A DNA stretch of 32,000 bases from Candidatus Thalassarchaeaceae archaeon. Lineage in GTDB: Archaea > Thermoplasmatota > Poseidoniia > Poseidoniales > Thalassarchaeaceae. The stretch covers positions 900,001 to 932,000 of the forward strand of contig JBJLBP010000001.1 in the NCBI GenBank assembly GCA_045568075.1, in the 5' to 3' direction. Made by a program: the position numbers and the translations under genes. Below the pieces are notes generated by a model. That model made no database searches. It saw only the letters and a program-made list of their open reading frames with translations, and was not told where the DNA came from. The first letter of the stretch is position 1. Every line of letters starts with the position of its first letter. This document shows, in pieces, positions 6,548-14,615 of this stretch.

Positions 6548-7537
6548 ATGTCCGAGGAGCCGGTCAATCCAGACGATGACTTGAGAAGTCGTCTACACGC
6601 GATGGAGACCAAGCTGCGACGAATGCGTGAGCAGCGAAATAGCCACAACGAAAATGCTCGCAGGGCTGCAGATTCGCGTAACGCGGTTCAGGAACAGGCC
6701 AAGAGCCTGCGCGAATCGATAGATGAGATGAAAGAGCAACAAAAGGAAATCCGCGATAGAGCCCGCGTCCACAAAGCCCGCCGCGACGAAATCCAATCCC
6801 ATATACGTGAACTCATAGCAAAGAAGCGTGGTCGAAGGGATGACCAACGTGGCACAAAATCAGTTGTTATCGAACTCTCCGAAACCGAGGGGCAAATAGA
6901 GCGTATCGAGCGCAGGCTGGAAACAGATGGAAGTTTGAAACTTGAGGACGAGAACAAACTTCTGAAGGAACTCAAGAAACTCATCGGCAAGAGAAACGAA
7001 TTACTTCCTGCCGTCAAAGAACATCAAACAATTTCAATAGATCTCGGTGATATGGACGAATCTATCTCACGACTCAAGGTGGAGGCTGACGCCGAGCATC
7101 AAGCAATGGTTGATTGTCATAAGGAAGCCGACGCAGTTTGGGAGGAAATCAAACCGATGTTCGAAGAACGCGATTTCGTACGTGCAGAAGGAGATCGACT
7201 TCACAATGCCTTCGTCGAGGCTCGCAAAGCTGCTGACGAAGTTCATTCTGAGATGAAGGGGCTGCTCGACCAGGTAAACGAAATTCGCGATTCACTCAAG
7301 GCTGCTCGTGATGAAAGAGAACAAACCATTCGCGATCACAATCAATCTGTACGCGATGCATTCCGCTCACCTTCTGAGAATGAAGAATTGGCCGGTTCAC
7401 TTGAGGAGATGTTCCTAGAAAGCGGTTCGTTGACATTGGGTGGAACTGGTGCTGAGCAGGAAAGTGAATCGGTTCGCTCAAAGAAGCCACAGAAAGGTAA
7501 GCGCCGCCGTCTTGGAACAACGCGTGGTCGCGTTTGA
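6548..7537 (+). CDS. Coiled-coil protein, COG1340-like, with a basic C-terminal tail
   Basis: 329 aa. The N-terminal half carries repeated helical segments ('RMREQRNSHNENARRAADSRNAVQEQAKSLRESIDEMKEQQKEIRDRARVHKARRDEIQSHIRELI'). The middle region 'IERIERRLETDGSLKLEDENKLLKELKKLIGKRNEL' is what I recall as typical of the archaeal COG1340 family. The C-terminus is 'FLESGSLTLG...KKPQKGKRRRLGTTRGRV'. Confidence 0.75.
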   Translation: MSEEPVNPDDDLRSRLHAMETKLRRMREQRNSHNENARRAADSRNAVQEQAKSLRESIDEMKEQQKEIRDRARVHKARRDEIQSHIRELIAKKRGRRDDQRGTKSVVIELSETEGQIERIERRLETDGSLKLEDENKLLKELKKLIGKRNELLPAVKEHQTISIDLGDMDESISRLKVEADAEHQAMVDCHKEADAVWEEIKPMFEERDFVRAEGDRLHNAFVEARKAADEVHSEMKGLLDQVNEIRDSLKAARDEREQTIRDHNQSVRDAFRSPSENEELAGSLEEMFLESGSLTLGGTGAEQESESVRSKKPQKGKRRRLGTTRGRV

Positions 7538-7559
7538 TTCAAGCAGTTGTTGAGTTAAG

Positions 7560-8549
7560 TCACCAGCCACGATCTTGTAAGCGGACTTCAAGTGTCTCGA
7601 TTTCGAGTCCAGGCATTGGTTCACCAATCATAGCGCTGGCCTCGGTGACAACCGCTGGATCTTCGAAATGATGAGTAGCGAGAACAATTGCTTCGGCAGT
7701 TTGAACCGGATCTGAACTTTTGAAGATACCAGAGCCGACGAAGATGCCGTCCATCCCTTGGTTCATCATCAAAGCAGCATCGGCTGGAGTGGAGATCCCT
7801 CCTGCAGAGAAAGTGACGACAGGAAGACGTCCGAGGCGTGCAACGTCGTCGAGGACGGAAGCAACTTCGGTTCGTAGATCTTCCATGCTACCGAAGGGAG
7901 TAGTGTTTGGTGATATATCGAATGCCGATACTCTCTCAATGCGATGAAATCCCTCCATTATCACATCCACCATAGCATTGCGCCCCTCGTCACCAGAGGA
8001 CTGAGCATGAGTGATTTCTGAGGCCACCAAACGGGCGTGTTGAATTGCGCTGACAACATTACCAGTCCCCGCCTCGCCCTTGGTTCTCATCATCGCAGCT
8101 CCCTCTGCGATGCGTCGAACCGCCTCGCCGAGACTCGTACAGCCGCAAACGAATGGGATGTTGAAATCGTTCTTCGCGATGTGGAAGAATGGATCAGCAG
8201 GAGTTAGAACCTCTGATTCATCTACCATATCGACGCCGAGACTTTCGAGGACCCTCGCTTCCTCATTGTGACCGATTCTGGCCTTAGCCATCACTGGAAT
8301 TGAAGTCGTCTCTATGATTTCCTTGATTAAATCAGGGTGACTCATTCGAGCCACGCCTCCGCTTGAGCGGATATCTGCTGGAACACGCTCGAGCGCCATG
8401 ACAGATGTGGCCCCAGAATCCTCAGCGATATGAGCCTCTTCGGCTGTAACGACGTCCATGATGACTCCACCTTCTTGCATCTTGGCGAAGCCACGCTTGA
8501 GCAACTCGGTGCCGTGACGCATCTGATTCAGGTCCACTCGCTGAGTCAT
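7560..8549 (-). CDS. pdxS: Pyridoxal 5'-phosphate synthase subunit PdxS
   Basis: Diagnostic stretches are '[35 protein letters not shown]', '[34 protein letters not shown]' and '[32 protein letters not shown]'. The length of 329 aa fits the long archaeal form. Confidence 0.95.
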   Translation of the reverse strand: MTQRVDLNQMRHGTELLKRGFAKMQEGGVIMDVVTAEEAHIAEDSGATSVMALERVPADIRSSGGVARMSHPDLIKEIIETTSIPVMAKARIGHNEEARVLESLGVDMVDESEVLTPADPFFHIAKNDFNIPFVCGCTSLGEAVRRIAEGAAMMRTKGEAGTGNVVSAIQHARLVASEITHAQSSGDEGRNAMVDVIMEGFHRIERVSAFDISPNTTPFGSMEDLRTEVASVLDDVARLGRLPVVTFSAGGISTPADAALMMNQGMDGIFVGSGIFKSSDPVQTAEAIVLATHHFEDPAVVTEASAMIGEPMPGLEIETLEVRLQDRGW

Positions 8550-8613
8550 ACCCGAGCCTCACGGCATCCACTCATCAATCTATGTTTGAGGCAGGTTAGA
8601 CGCCAGGCTCGCA

Positions 8614-8889
8614 TCAATCTGCAAGGACTGGTGAGTCGCCTGTGGCGATTTCGAGATCCGGGGATTCGTTCTCATTACGCTCAATCCATTCCAACTCCTC
8701 ATCTGGAACATCGGTGTCAGCGAAGATAGCCTCTACTGGGCACTCAGCGACACATGCTGCACAATCGATACATTCATCCGGGTCAATAACGAGGTAGTTT
8801 TCGGCTTCCTTGAATGCCTCGACTGGACAGACTGCTACACAATCTTGGTACTTGTGGTCAATACATGCGCTGGTCACTACGTGGGTCAT
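8614..8889 (-). CDS. 7Fe-type ferredoxin ([3Fe-4S][4Fe-4S]) with an acidic C-terminal extension
   Basis: From the ATG at 8889 the protein reads '[26 protein letters not shown]...[21 protein letters not shown]'. This matches the C-x7-C-x3-CP plus C-x2-C-x2-C-x3-CP layout of FdxA-like ferredoxins. The track start at 8904 adds 5 residues. Confidence 0.9.
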   Translation of the reverse strand: MTHVVTSACIDHKYQDCVAVCPVEAFKEAENYLVIDPDECIDCAACVAECPVEAIFADTDVPDEELEWIERNENESPDLEIATGDSPVLAD

Positions 8890-8920
8890 CTCATCCCTCA
8901 TCAAGACGCGTGCTACGCAT

Positions 8921-8930
8921 CCATATCAAG
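8921..8930 (-). promoter_or_regulatory. TATA-like box (CTTGATATGG on the minus strand) upstream of the ferredoxin gene
   Basis: About 36 nt upstream of the ATG at 8889, with the WTATGG core. Confidence 0.3.
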
Positions 8931-8987
8931 GCTCGTACCGCTTCATGGCCCATAATGCTAGATTGGTTTGAGGGGAGTTTGGTCGGA

Positions 8988-9431
8988 CTACACGATATCA
9001 TCGATTAGCTGATTGAGGATTTCAACCGGCTCTTGTCCCGGGTAAGATTCTATCTTGAATCGACCTTTTACTGCGAATTTACGACTTTTTCCGGTTGCTA
9101 AAGAAATTCTGCCCTGCACCAATTCATCGATGTCAATTCTTACGTGCAGGGCCTTATCCTCGTCGATTAGGTCAGCAATTCCTGCAGAACGTAAATCGCT
9201 TAGTGCGGCAACTCCCATACGCAGGAAAGCCTGTTTCGCGCCTTTCTTCCGATCGATACTAGCTTCAATCATCATCTGAGGTGCGCCATGATGCGATTTT
9301 GAGCGCTCACGGGATATTTCAGCACCCTCACCTGCGAGCCATTGCATTGAATCCTCTATCACTGAGAGATCATCCACAGCACTGCAATGCACTCTCCACG
9401 AGGCGCTGTGTAAACTCATATTCGATTGCAC
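8988..9431 (-). CDS. Archaeal DUF54/COG1325-type RNA-binding protein ('predicted exosome subunit' family)
   Basis: Size of about 145 aa. The pattern 'WRVHCSAVDDLSVIEDSMQWL...HHGAPQMMIEASIDRKKGAKQAFLRMG...LHVRIDIDELVQGRISL...FKIESYPG' matches my recollection of that family. The call is from memory only. Confidence 0.45.
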   Translation of the reverse strand: MQSNMSLHSASWRVHCSAVDDLSVIEDSMQWLAGEGAEISRERSKSHHGAPQMMIEASIDRKKGAKQAFLRMGVAALSDLRSAGIADLIDEDKALHVRIDIDELVQGRISLATGKSRKFAVKGRFKIESYPGQEPVEILNQLIDDIV

Positions 9432-9559
9432 TAGTGTGCTGCCCTTGAAGGCGACGCTGCGCCTCTGTCTGAGGTGGACGTTCTGAGGCTTTCATTCATA
9501 TACTGGAGGTAGGTCGCTCGGCCCGCATACGGGGTAGCCCCCGATAAGAGGTGTCTCTG

Positions 9560-10534
9560 ATGGCAAAAGGCGCAAAGGCAAGGGCAGCGGCACGCAAGCA
9601 GAGAGACAAGTGGAAGGCAAAGCGCTGGTTCACGATTCGAGCACCTCGTAATCCATGGTCATTCCGAATCATCGGCGAGACTATCGCGGAAGAGCCCGAA
9701 CAATTGGTCGGACGTACTTTCGATATTATGCAAAATGAACTTGATGGCGACTTTTCCAAGATGCACGTCCAAGTCGTCTTCCGAATCACCGATGTTGTTG
9801 GCGGCGATGCTCTCACCGAGTTTTCCGGTCACAATGTCCAGAAGGATCACATTCGCCGTCAGATTCGTCGCTACCGCGGTAAGGTTGACGACACGGTCGA
9901 CGTTGTTACTGAGGATGGATACTATGTTCGATTCAAGCCGCTATTGATTTCACGTGGTCGCGTCAAGTCGAGTCAGAAGTCAGCAATGCGAGCGAAAGCG
10001 CGCGATGCGATTCTTACTATGGGTGCATCATCAACCTGGATTCAACTCCAGAAGGCTGTTCTCGATGGAACCATGGAGACCGCGATTAAGGAAGCGGTCT
10101 CTACCATTAGTCCAGTTCGAACTGCGATGATTCGTCGCAGCCAACTTTTGCAGAGCGGAGTCACTGGTGAAGACGGACCTACTCTTGATGAAATTCACGC
10201 TGAAGAGAAGGCTGCTGCGGCTGCCTCTTTAGTCGAGGAGGTCGACGTTCTCGCTGCGGCTGAAGCATCTGCAGAATTGGCTGAGGTCGATGGAGATACC
10301 TCTGGTGCTGTAGAATCCGACGAAGAATCTTCTGAGGAATCAACAGAAGATACTGTGGTCGAAGAGGTTGTTGAGGAACCTGCTGACGAAGCCGATGAAA
10401 CTCCAGAAGCAGATGACGGCGACTCACCTGATTACACTTCGATGACAGTGGCAGAGCTCAAGGGACTCCTGAAGGAGGCCGGCAAGCCGGTCTCTGGAAA
10501 GAAGGCAGATCTCATCTCTCGCCTACAAGAGTGA
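9560..10534 (+). CDS. rps3ae: Ribosomal protein eS1 (S3Ae) fused to an acidic low-complexity linker and a C-terminal SAP/HeH-like domain
   Basis: 'MAKGAKARAAARKQRDKWKAKRWFTIRAPRNPW...LVGRTFDIMQNELDGDFSKMHVQVVFRI...FSGHNVQKDHIRRQIRR...DGYYVRFKPLLISRGRVKSSQKSAMR' is canonical S3Ae. The first ATG is at 9560; the track start is a GTG at 9551. Track residues from about 201 to 327 form a D/E/A-rich stretch ending 'MTVAELKGLLKEAGKPVSGKKADLISRLQE'. Confidence 0.9.
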   Translation: MAKGAKARAAARKQRDKWKAKRWFTIRAPRNPWSFRIIGETIAEEPEQLVGRTFDIMQNELDGDFSKMHVQVVFRITDVVGGDALTEFSGHNVQKDHIRRQIRRYRGKVDDTVDVVTEDGYYVRFKPLLISRGRVKSSQKSAMRAKARDAILTMGASSTWIQLQKAVLDGTMETAIKEAVSTISPVRTAMIRRSQLLQSGVTGEDGPTLDEIHAEEKAAAAASLVEEVDVLAAAEASAELAEVDGDTSGAVESDEESSEESTEDTVVEEVVEEPADEADETPEADDGDSPDYTSMTVAELKGLLKEAGKPVSGKKADLISRLQE

Positions 10535-10541
10535 GGTTCCA

Positions 10542-11336
10542 GTGGGCCGTCAAGCCCATGAATGGATACCCGAGGTGGGCTACGTGACACGACTCGTTGT
10601 GCTAAGTGGAACTGGAATGGACGCTCTTGCTTCCGATATGGTCGCTGATGGTACTGAGTCCTCAGAAATTCGTATCGATTCACAGTGGGGGCAAGTTCCA
10701 GCAATCTTGGTTGATACTGGCGATGGAGAGGTACTCTTCATCGATCGTCACCATCGAGATGATGATTCGAGAACTCCTCCTCATGAGATTGAATATCGAG
10801 CAAATGTCCACGCAGCTGCTTCCTTCCGCCCAGACCTCATACTGAGTGTCAACTCGGTCGGGACGATGCGTGAGGATCTACCGCCTGGAATGATTGGGGT
10901 TGCTTCGGATGTTCTCGATCTTGCGGTTCGACCGTGGACCTTTCACGATGATGATGCGATTCACGCCGACCGAACTTCGATTTTTGATGATAAGGGCAGT
11001 AAAATCTGCTTGGAAGCGTTAAATGCTGGGCAGGGAGAAACTCCGAAGTTAGTCGTCGCCCAGTGCGTCGGTCCACAATTTGAATCTCCTGCTGAGATTG
11101 ATGGATTGGTCAGGCTCGGAGCGGATGTCGTTGGAATGACACTTGGCCCTGAGAGCAGATTAGTAGCTGAGACCGGAATTCCTCATGCTGCAATTTCATG
11201 CTCATCAAATTGGGCCGCCGGCCGAACTCCCGGTGACCCATCTGCAGAAATTGACCATCACGCCGTCGATGCGATGGCGGCCACACTGCGGACTCACGTC
11301 CGTTCGTGTATTGAGGGACTGCTTTCTAATCTGTGA
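10542..11336 (+). CDS. MTAP-family purine nucleoside / 5'-methylthioadenosine phosphorylase-like protein
   Basis: 'LVVLSGTG', 'FIDRHHR...PPHEIEYRANVHAA', 'SVNSVGTMREDLPPGMIGVASDVLD' and 'GPQFESPAEIDGLVRLGADVVGMTLGPESRLVAETGIPHAAIS' match the MTAP/PNP trimeric family layout. GTG start, with a GAGGT Shine-Dalgarno-like motif 4-8 nt upstream. Confidence 0.75.
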   Translation: MGRQAHEWIPEVGYVTRLVVLSGTGMDALASDMVADGTESSEIRIDSQWGQVPAILVDTGDGEVLFIDRHHRDDDSRTPPHEIEYRANVHAAASFRPDLILSVNSVGTMREDLPPGMIGVASDVLDLAVRPWTFHDDDAIHADRTSIFDDKGSKICLEALNAGQGETPKLVVAQCVGPQFESPAEIDGLVRLGADVVGMTLGPESRLVAETGIPHAAISCSSNWAAGRTPGDPSAEIDHHAVDAMAATLRTHVRSCIEGLLSNL

Positions 11337-11345
11337 GGGATAGAG

Positions 11346-11648
11346 ATGGACAATCTGAAGATCGGCGCAGTATTGACGATCATTGCCATTTTCTTAGTTC
11401 CTGCCTCGATGAAAACCATGGCTTGGTGGGACGAGGCTCGAATGGAACACGATTTGGAGTGCAATCCTTTGCTGAACCACCAACCAAATATGGAATATTG
11501 CAACGAATTATCTGCGGAAGCTGACTATCGTATGACCATATTCGGTCTCACAGTTCTCTCATTCGTTTTGAGTGGTGTCATCGGTCTGGTCAATCTTCTG
11601 CCTGTTGGTGATGAAGGGATTCGCAGCCCACCTGGCGGGCGATTCTAA
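11346..11648 (+). CDS. Small two-TM membrane protein, function unknown
   Basis: The TM helices are 'IGAVLTIIAIFLVPA' and 'MTIFGLTVLSFVLSGVIGLVNLL'. The ATG lies 10 nt after the upstream stop. Confidence 0.5.
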   Translation: MDNLKIGAVLTIIAIFLVPASMKTMAWWDEARMEHDLECNPLLNHQPNMEYCNELSAEADYRMTIFGLTVLSFVLSGVIGLVNLLPVGDEGIRSPPGGRF

Positions 11649-11683
11649 CTCAGAACTTGGCTCGGCTAATTTGATGGCCCGCC

Positions 11684-12094
11684 GTGGGTCAACATCGTCA
11701 CATGACTAGGCCGATGTCTGTAACTGATTGGATTGAGATCGATGGAGCCAACGAGCCAGATGGAGCTTGGACTACGATGATGGCTCGCGTAGCTGCATTC
11801 CATCACAAACACGATTTTGCCAGCGTAGAGAATAATGGCCATGATATGGGTTATCGAGTAGCTTTGACTGTAGAGGAACTTGGAGAATTCGCTGCGGCGA
11901 TAACCAAAGGAAAACCGAAGGAAGAAGCTGCTGAGGAATTGGCTGACTTACTTATTCTCATTCTCGGCCACTCACTGGCGATGAATATCGACCTCGAAGC
12001 TGAGTTCCATCGAAAAATGGATCGAATCATGCAGCGCAAGGCACGCCGAGGTAATTTGGGTATTCGAGTGACCGAATATGCCGGTGAAGAATAA
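11684..12094 (+). CDS. MazG-like all-alpha nucleotide pyrophosphohydrolase
   Basis: The 'VEELGEFAAAI...EEAAEELADLLILILGHSLAMNIDLEAEFHRKMDRIMQR' E-x2-E...E-x2-D signature is present. The start is uncertain: GTG at 11684, or ATG at 11699 or 11711. Confidence 0.7.
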   Translation: MGQHRHMTRPMSVTDWIEIDGANEPDGAWTTMMARVAAFHHKHDFASVENNGHDMGYRVALTVEELGEFAAAITKGKPKEEAAEELADLLILILGHSLAMNIDLEAEFHRKMDRIMQRKARRGNLGIRVTEYAGEE

Positions 12095-12098
12095 TTGC

Positions 12099-12680
12099 TC
12101 AAATGTCAAAATTGATTTCGACAGAGCCGCGTGCTTGATGCTGCGCTTCGTATAGAATTCGAGAAGTGCACCCTTTGAACGAAGCAACGATATTGTTTGG
12201 AACGAGTTCGATTGCTGTGTTGAAGTTCGTTGCTGAACTATTGTACAATTGGCGTTGATCGGTGACCTGGTCCTCGATTTCCTTGTAATCGTCTTGTAGA
12301 GCAGCGAAATTAGCATTCGCCTTTAGGTCCGGATAATCCTCAGACAATGCCAGCAATTTGGGCATGGCTAGAGATGCCATTGCCTCTGCCGCCATGACTC
12401 CACTTACATCGCCAGACTTTGAGGCGGCAGCGAAAGTTTTCCTCGCTTCAGTCAACTCTCCGAAAATTTCCTTTTCATGACCTGCATACTGCATGACTAT
12501 CTTCACCATATTAGGGATCATGTCGAATCTCTGCTGCAGAACTGTATCGATATTCGACCACGCTCGGTCAACATCCTTCTCGAGTCGGACCAATCGATTC
12601 CATACACCAAAGAACCAGAGAACCAGTACTAGTAGGATTATTCCACCGCACATGGTGAACGCAATAGCAGTGCCTTCCAT
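12099..12680 (-). CDS. lemA: LemA family membrane protein
   Basis: N-terminal TM 'GGIILLVLVLWFFGVWNRLV', followed by 'VDRAWSNIDTVLQQRFDMIPNMV...HEKEIFGELTEAR', 'SEDYPDLKANANFAALQDDYKEIEDQVTDQRQLYNSSATNFNTAIELVPNNIVA'. Confidence 0.9.
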   Translation of the reverse strand: MEGTAIAFTMCGGIILLVLVLWFFGVWNRLVRLEKDVDRAWSNIDTVLQQRFDMIPNMVKIVMQYAGHEKEIFGELTEARKTFAAASKSGDVSGVMAAEAMASLAMPKLLALSEDYPDLKANANFAALQDDYKEIEDQVTDQRQLYNSSATNFNTAIELVPNNIVASFKGCTSRILYEAQHQARGSVEINFDI

Positions 12681-12740
12681 GATGACTCAACTCTAGCCGT
12701 TAGTAATCAAGATTGACCCGGATTTACCAATTATTACTCA

Positions 12741-14156
12741 CTAAAGCCCGATATTGTTGATTGCTAGATATGTGCCCGCTAGACAACCTGCTGCTACTAT
12801 TCCGGGAATTATTTTGTATTCTAATTGACTCTTAACTCTACCAAGGACTCCTAGTTCAGTTCCTCTTTCCAATCTAGCTTCAAAACCAACACCACTTTTG
12901 CCGATTACTTCCATCAGAGTATGTTGATCATTCCTCTTGATAACTTCCATCTCACCCTTTGTTTCCTTGCTGCGATTAGTCGCTTTTCCTAGAATGTAAC
13001 AAGGGTCTCCTAAGGCCATGCCCCACAAGGTCCATTTGTGTTCTAGTATTGTCCAACCACCAAATGTTGTTGTAATCATAGAACCAAATATTTCTCCAAG
13101 ATTTCTGTTATGGTCGACTTTCCATTCTCGAATATATTGACCTAAATTTTGATCTGCAAATGTATCTGGTTTGACAAGCACACCTCCAGTTCCATCATGC
13201 AAAATGAAATTGTGTCCTCCATTTTCTTGTGCGATAGTTTCCCACCTGTATTCGGTTTCGGTTCTAGGCCCATCATCAGTCATCACTATCCTCGTTCTAC
13301 GAAGATAAATTTCGTAGAGCCACCTCCAAGAATGTAGGTTTTGGTAAGTACGGGCAGGGTCTCCACCTACCGAAACAGCAGGGGCAGGAGACGCCCATCT
13401 TCTGACTTGTCCGACGAGTTCCAATTCACCAGCAGCCATCGATCTAATCTTTGAGGTGGGGACATCAATAGTCAACTGCATTTTAGTTCCAGTTTGCCAT
13501 GAAGATATCGCATATCCAATTGAAAATAATGCTGGTCCAATTACCAAAATAAGTCCAAAGAACCACTCCTCAGAATCTCCAGCCGCTTGCATAATAGACA
13601 TGCCGATAGTTACTGAAAGAATAGATACTGGAATTGAGTATAGTGCAATGATTGCGGTAAATATGCCATCAGCAGATATAGTCGCGGGTATTGGAGTTCC
13701 TACAACAGTTGGATGTTCGGAAATTATTCCCATTTTATCTGGTCCATATCGATCTTCCTTATCCCAATGCTCAGGTCCAGGTGCTGAAAATACCCAACCC
13801 CGGTCATCTTTTTTTGGGCTATTTGAATAATGTCCAGTCCAAAAACTACCTGTTCGACCTCCAGTTTCAGACCTATGGACAAAATCACGGGGTTTCTCTT
13901 CCACCCTAATTTGATCGTATGCCTTTTCTAGCCTTGTTGGAGTTAACCAAATTACCAATAAACAACCTGGTACTCCTAATATTCCACCGAAAGTCACCAT
14001 CGTGTAATCATTATTTACAAGGCCAATAAAACTCCAAAGCAACCCTATTACTACTACTAATAATGAAATTACCCAAGGAACAATCATGAAGCCAGAAGGT
14101 GGAGTGAAATCTATGGTTTCTCCTTCACCGAAACGAACACCCGATGAAGACTCCAT
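12741..14156 (-). CDS. Five-TM membrane protein with a GIDE-like (MUL1/GIDE family) beta-rich domain
   Basis: Two TM pairs at the N-terminal side. Then 'TSKIRSMAAGELELVGQVRR...SPAPAVSVGGDPARTYQNLHSWRWLYEIYLRRTRIVMTDDGPRTETEYRWETIAQENGGHNFILHDGTGGVLVKPD', which follows the GIDE pattern as I recall it. The C-terminal TM is 'IIPGIVAAGCLAGTYLAI'. It lies 60 nt upstream of lemA on the same strand. Confidence 0.55.
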   Translation of the reverse strand: MESSSGVRFGEGETIDFTPPSGFMIVPWVISLLVVVIGLLWSFIGLVNNDYTMVTFGGILGVPGCLLVIWLTPTRLEKAYDQIRVEEKPRDFVHRSETGGRTGSFWTGHYSNSPKKDDRGWVFSAPGPEHWDKEDRYGPDKMGIISEHPTVVGTPIPATISADGIFTAIIALYSIPVSILSVTIGMSIMQAAGDSEEWFFGLILVIGPALFSIGYAISSWQTGTKMQLTIDVPTSKIRSMAAGELELVGQVRRWASPAPAVSVGGDPARTYQNLHSWRWLYEIYLRRTRIVMTDDGPRTETEYRWETIAQENGGHNFILHDGTGGVLVKPDTFADQNLGQYIREWKVDHNRNLGEIFGSMITTTFGGWTILEHKWTLWGMALGDPCYILGKATNRSKETKGEMEVIKRNDQHTLMEVIGKSGVGFEARLERGTELGVLGRVKSQLEYKIIPGIVAAGCLAGTYLAINNIGL

Positions 14157-14209
14157 GCCATCTCTTTCTACCTTAGTCGAATTAAGTTTGAGTCGGCATG
14201 AGTTACAAA

Positions 14210-14614
14210 CTACTTACCAGTCTGATATTTTCTCTTCTCTTGATGGTGTTCAGCAATCCATAAACTCAGACTTATTCCGGCTAATTGCAAGAATAGCCTC
14301 ACGACATTTCCTGTTTGAGATAGTGACTCTCCATCACCCAATTCGATATCATTAATCCACATATTGAAATTCGCAGGGTATAGTGAAACCAGCAGTGCCG
14401 CACTTGCATACCCGCCCCACTCTCTTGTCATTGGTAAAATCAACAATATCCCTACAATAATTTCTACTACTCCACTAACCAATACCCAAAATCTAGCAGA
14501 GCCGAGAAATTCAGGGACGATCGGTTCGAACCATTGTGTATCTGTGAAATGTAAAACTCCAACATATACGAAGAAAATCCCGCCAGATAGGGCAGGTAAG
14601 TCGCGTAGATTCAT
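14210..14614 (-). CDS. DoxX-like (COG4270-type) small integral membrane protein
   Basis: 'GGIFFVYVGVLHFTDTQWFEPIVPEFLGSARFWVLVSGVVEIIVGILLILPMTREWGGYASAALLVSLYPANFNMW' matches that family pattern. The track start at 14683 overlaps folA by 68 nt. The ATG at 14614 lies 1 nt after the folA stop (TGA-T-ATG), so I prefer it. Confidence 0.6.
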   Translation of the reverse strand: MNLRDLPALSGGIFFVYVGVLHFTDTQWFEPIVPEFLGSARFWVLVSGVVEIIVGILLILPMTREWGGYASAALLVSLYPANFNMWINDIELGDGESLSQTGNVVRLFLQLAGISLSLWIAEHHQEKRKYQTGK

Positions 14615-14615
14615 A

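Noticed and set aside
7560-8549. The extra segment of about 35 aa in PdxS ('[42 protein letters not shown]') as a novel insertion
   Set aside because: Archaeal PdxS proteins are typically about 330 aa and carry an insertion at this position relative to the roughly 295-aa bacterial enzymes. I consider it normal for the lineage.
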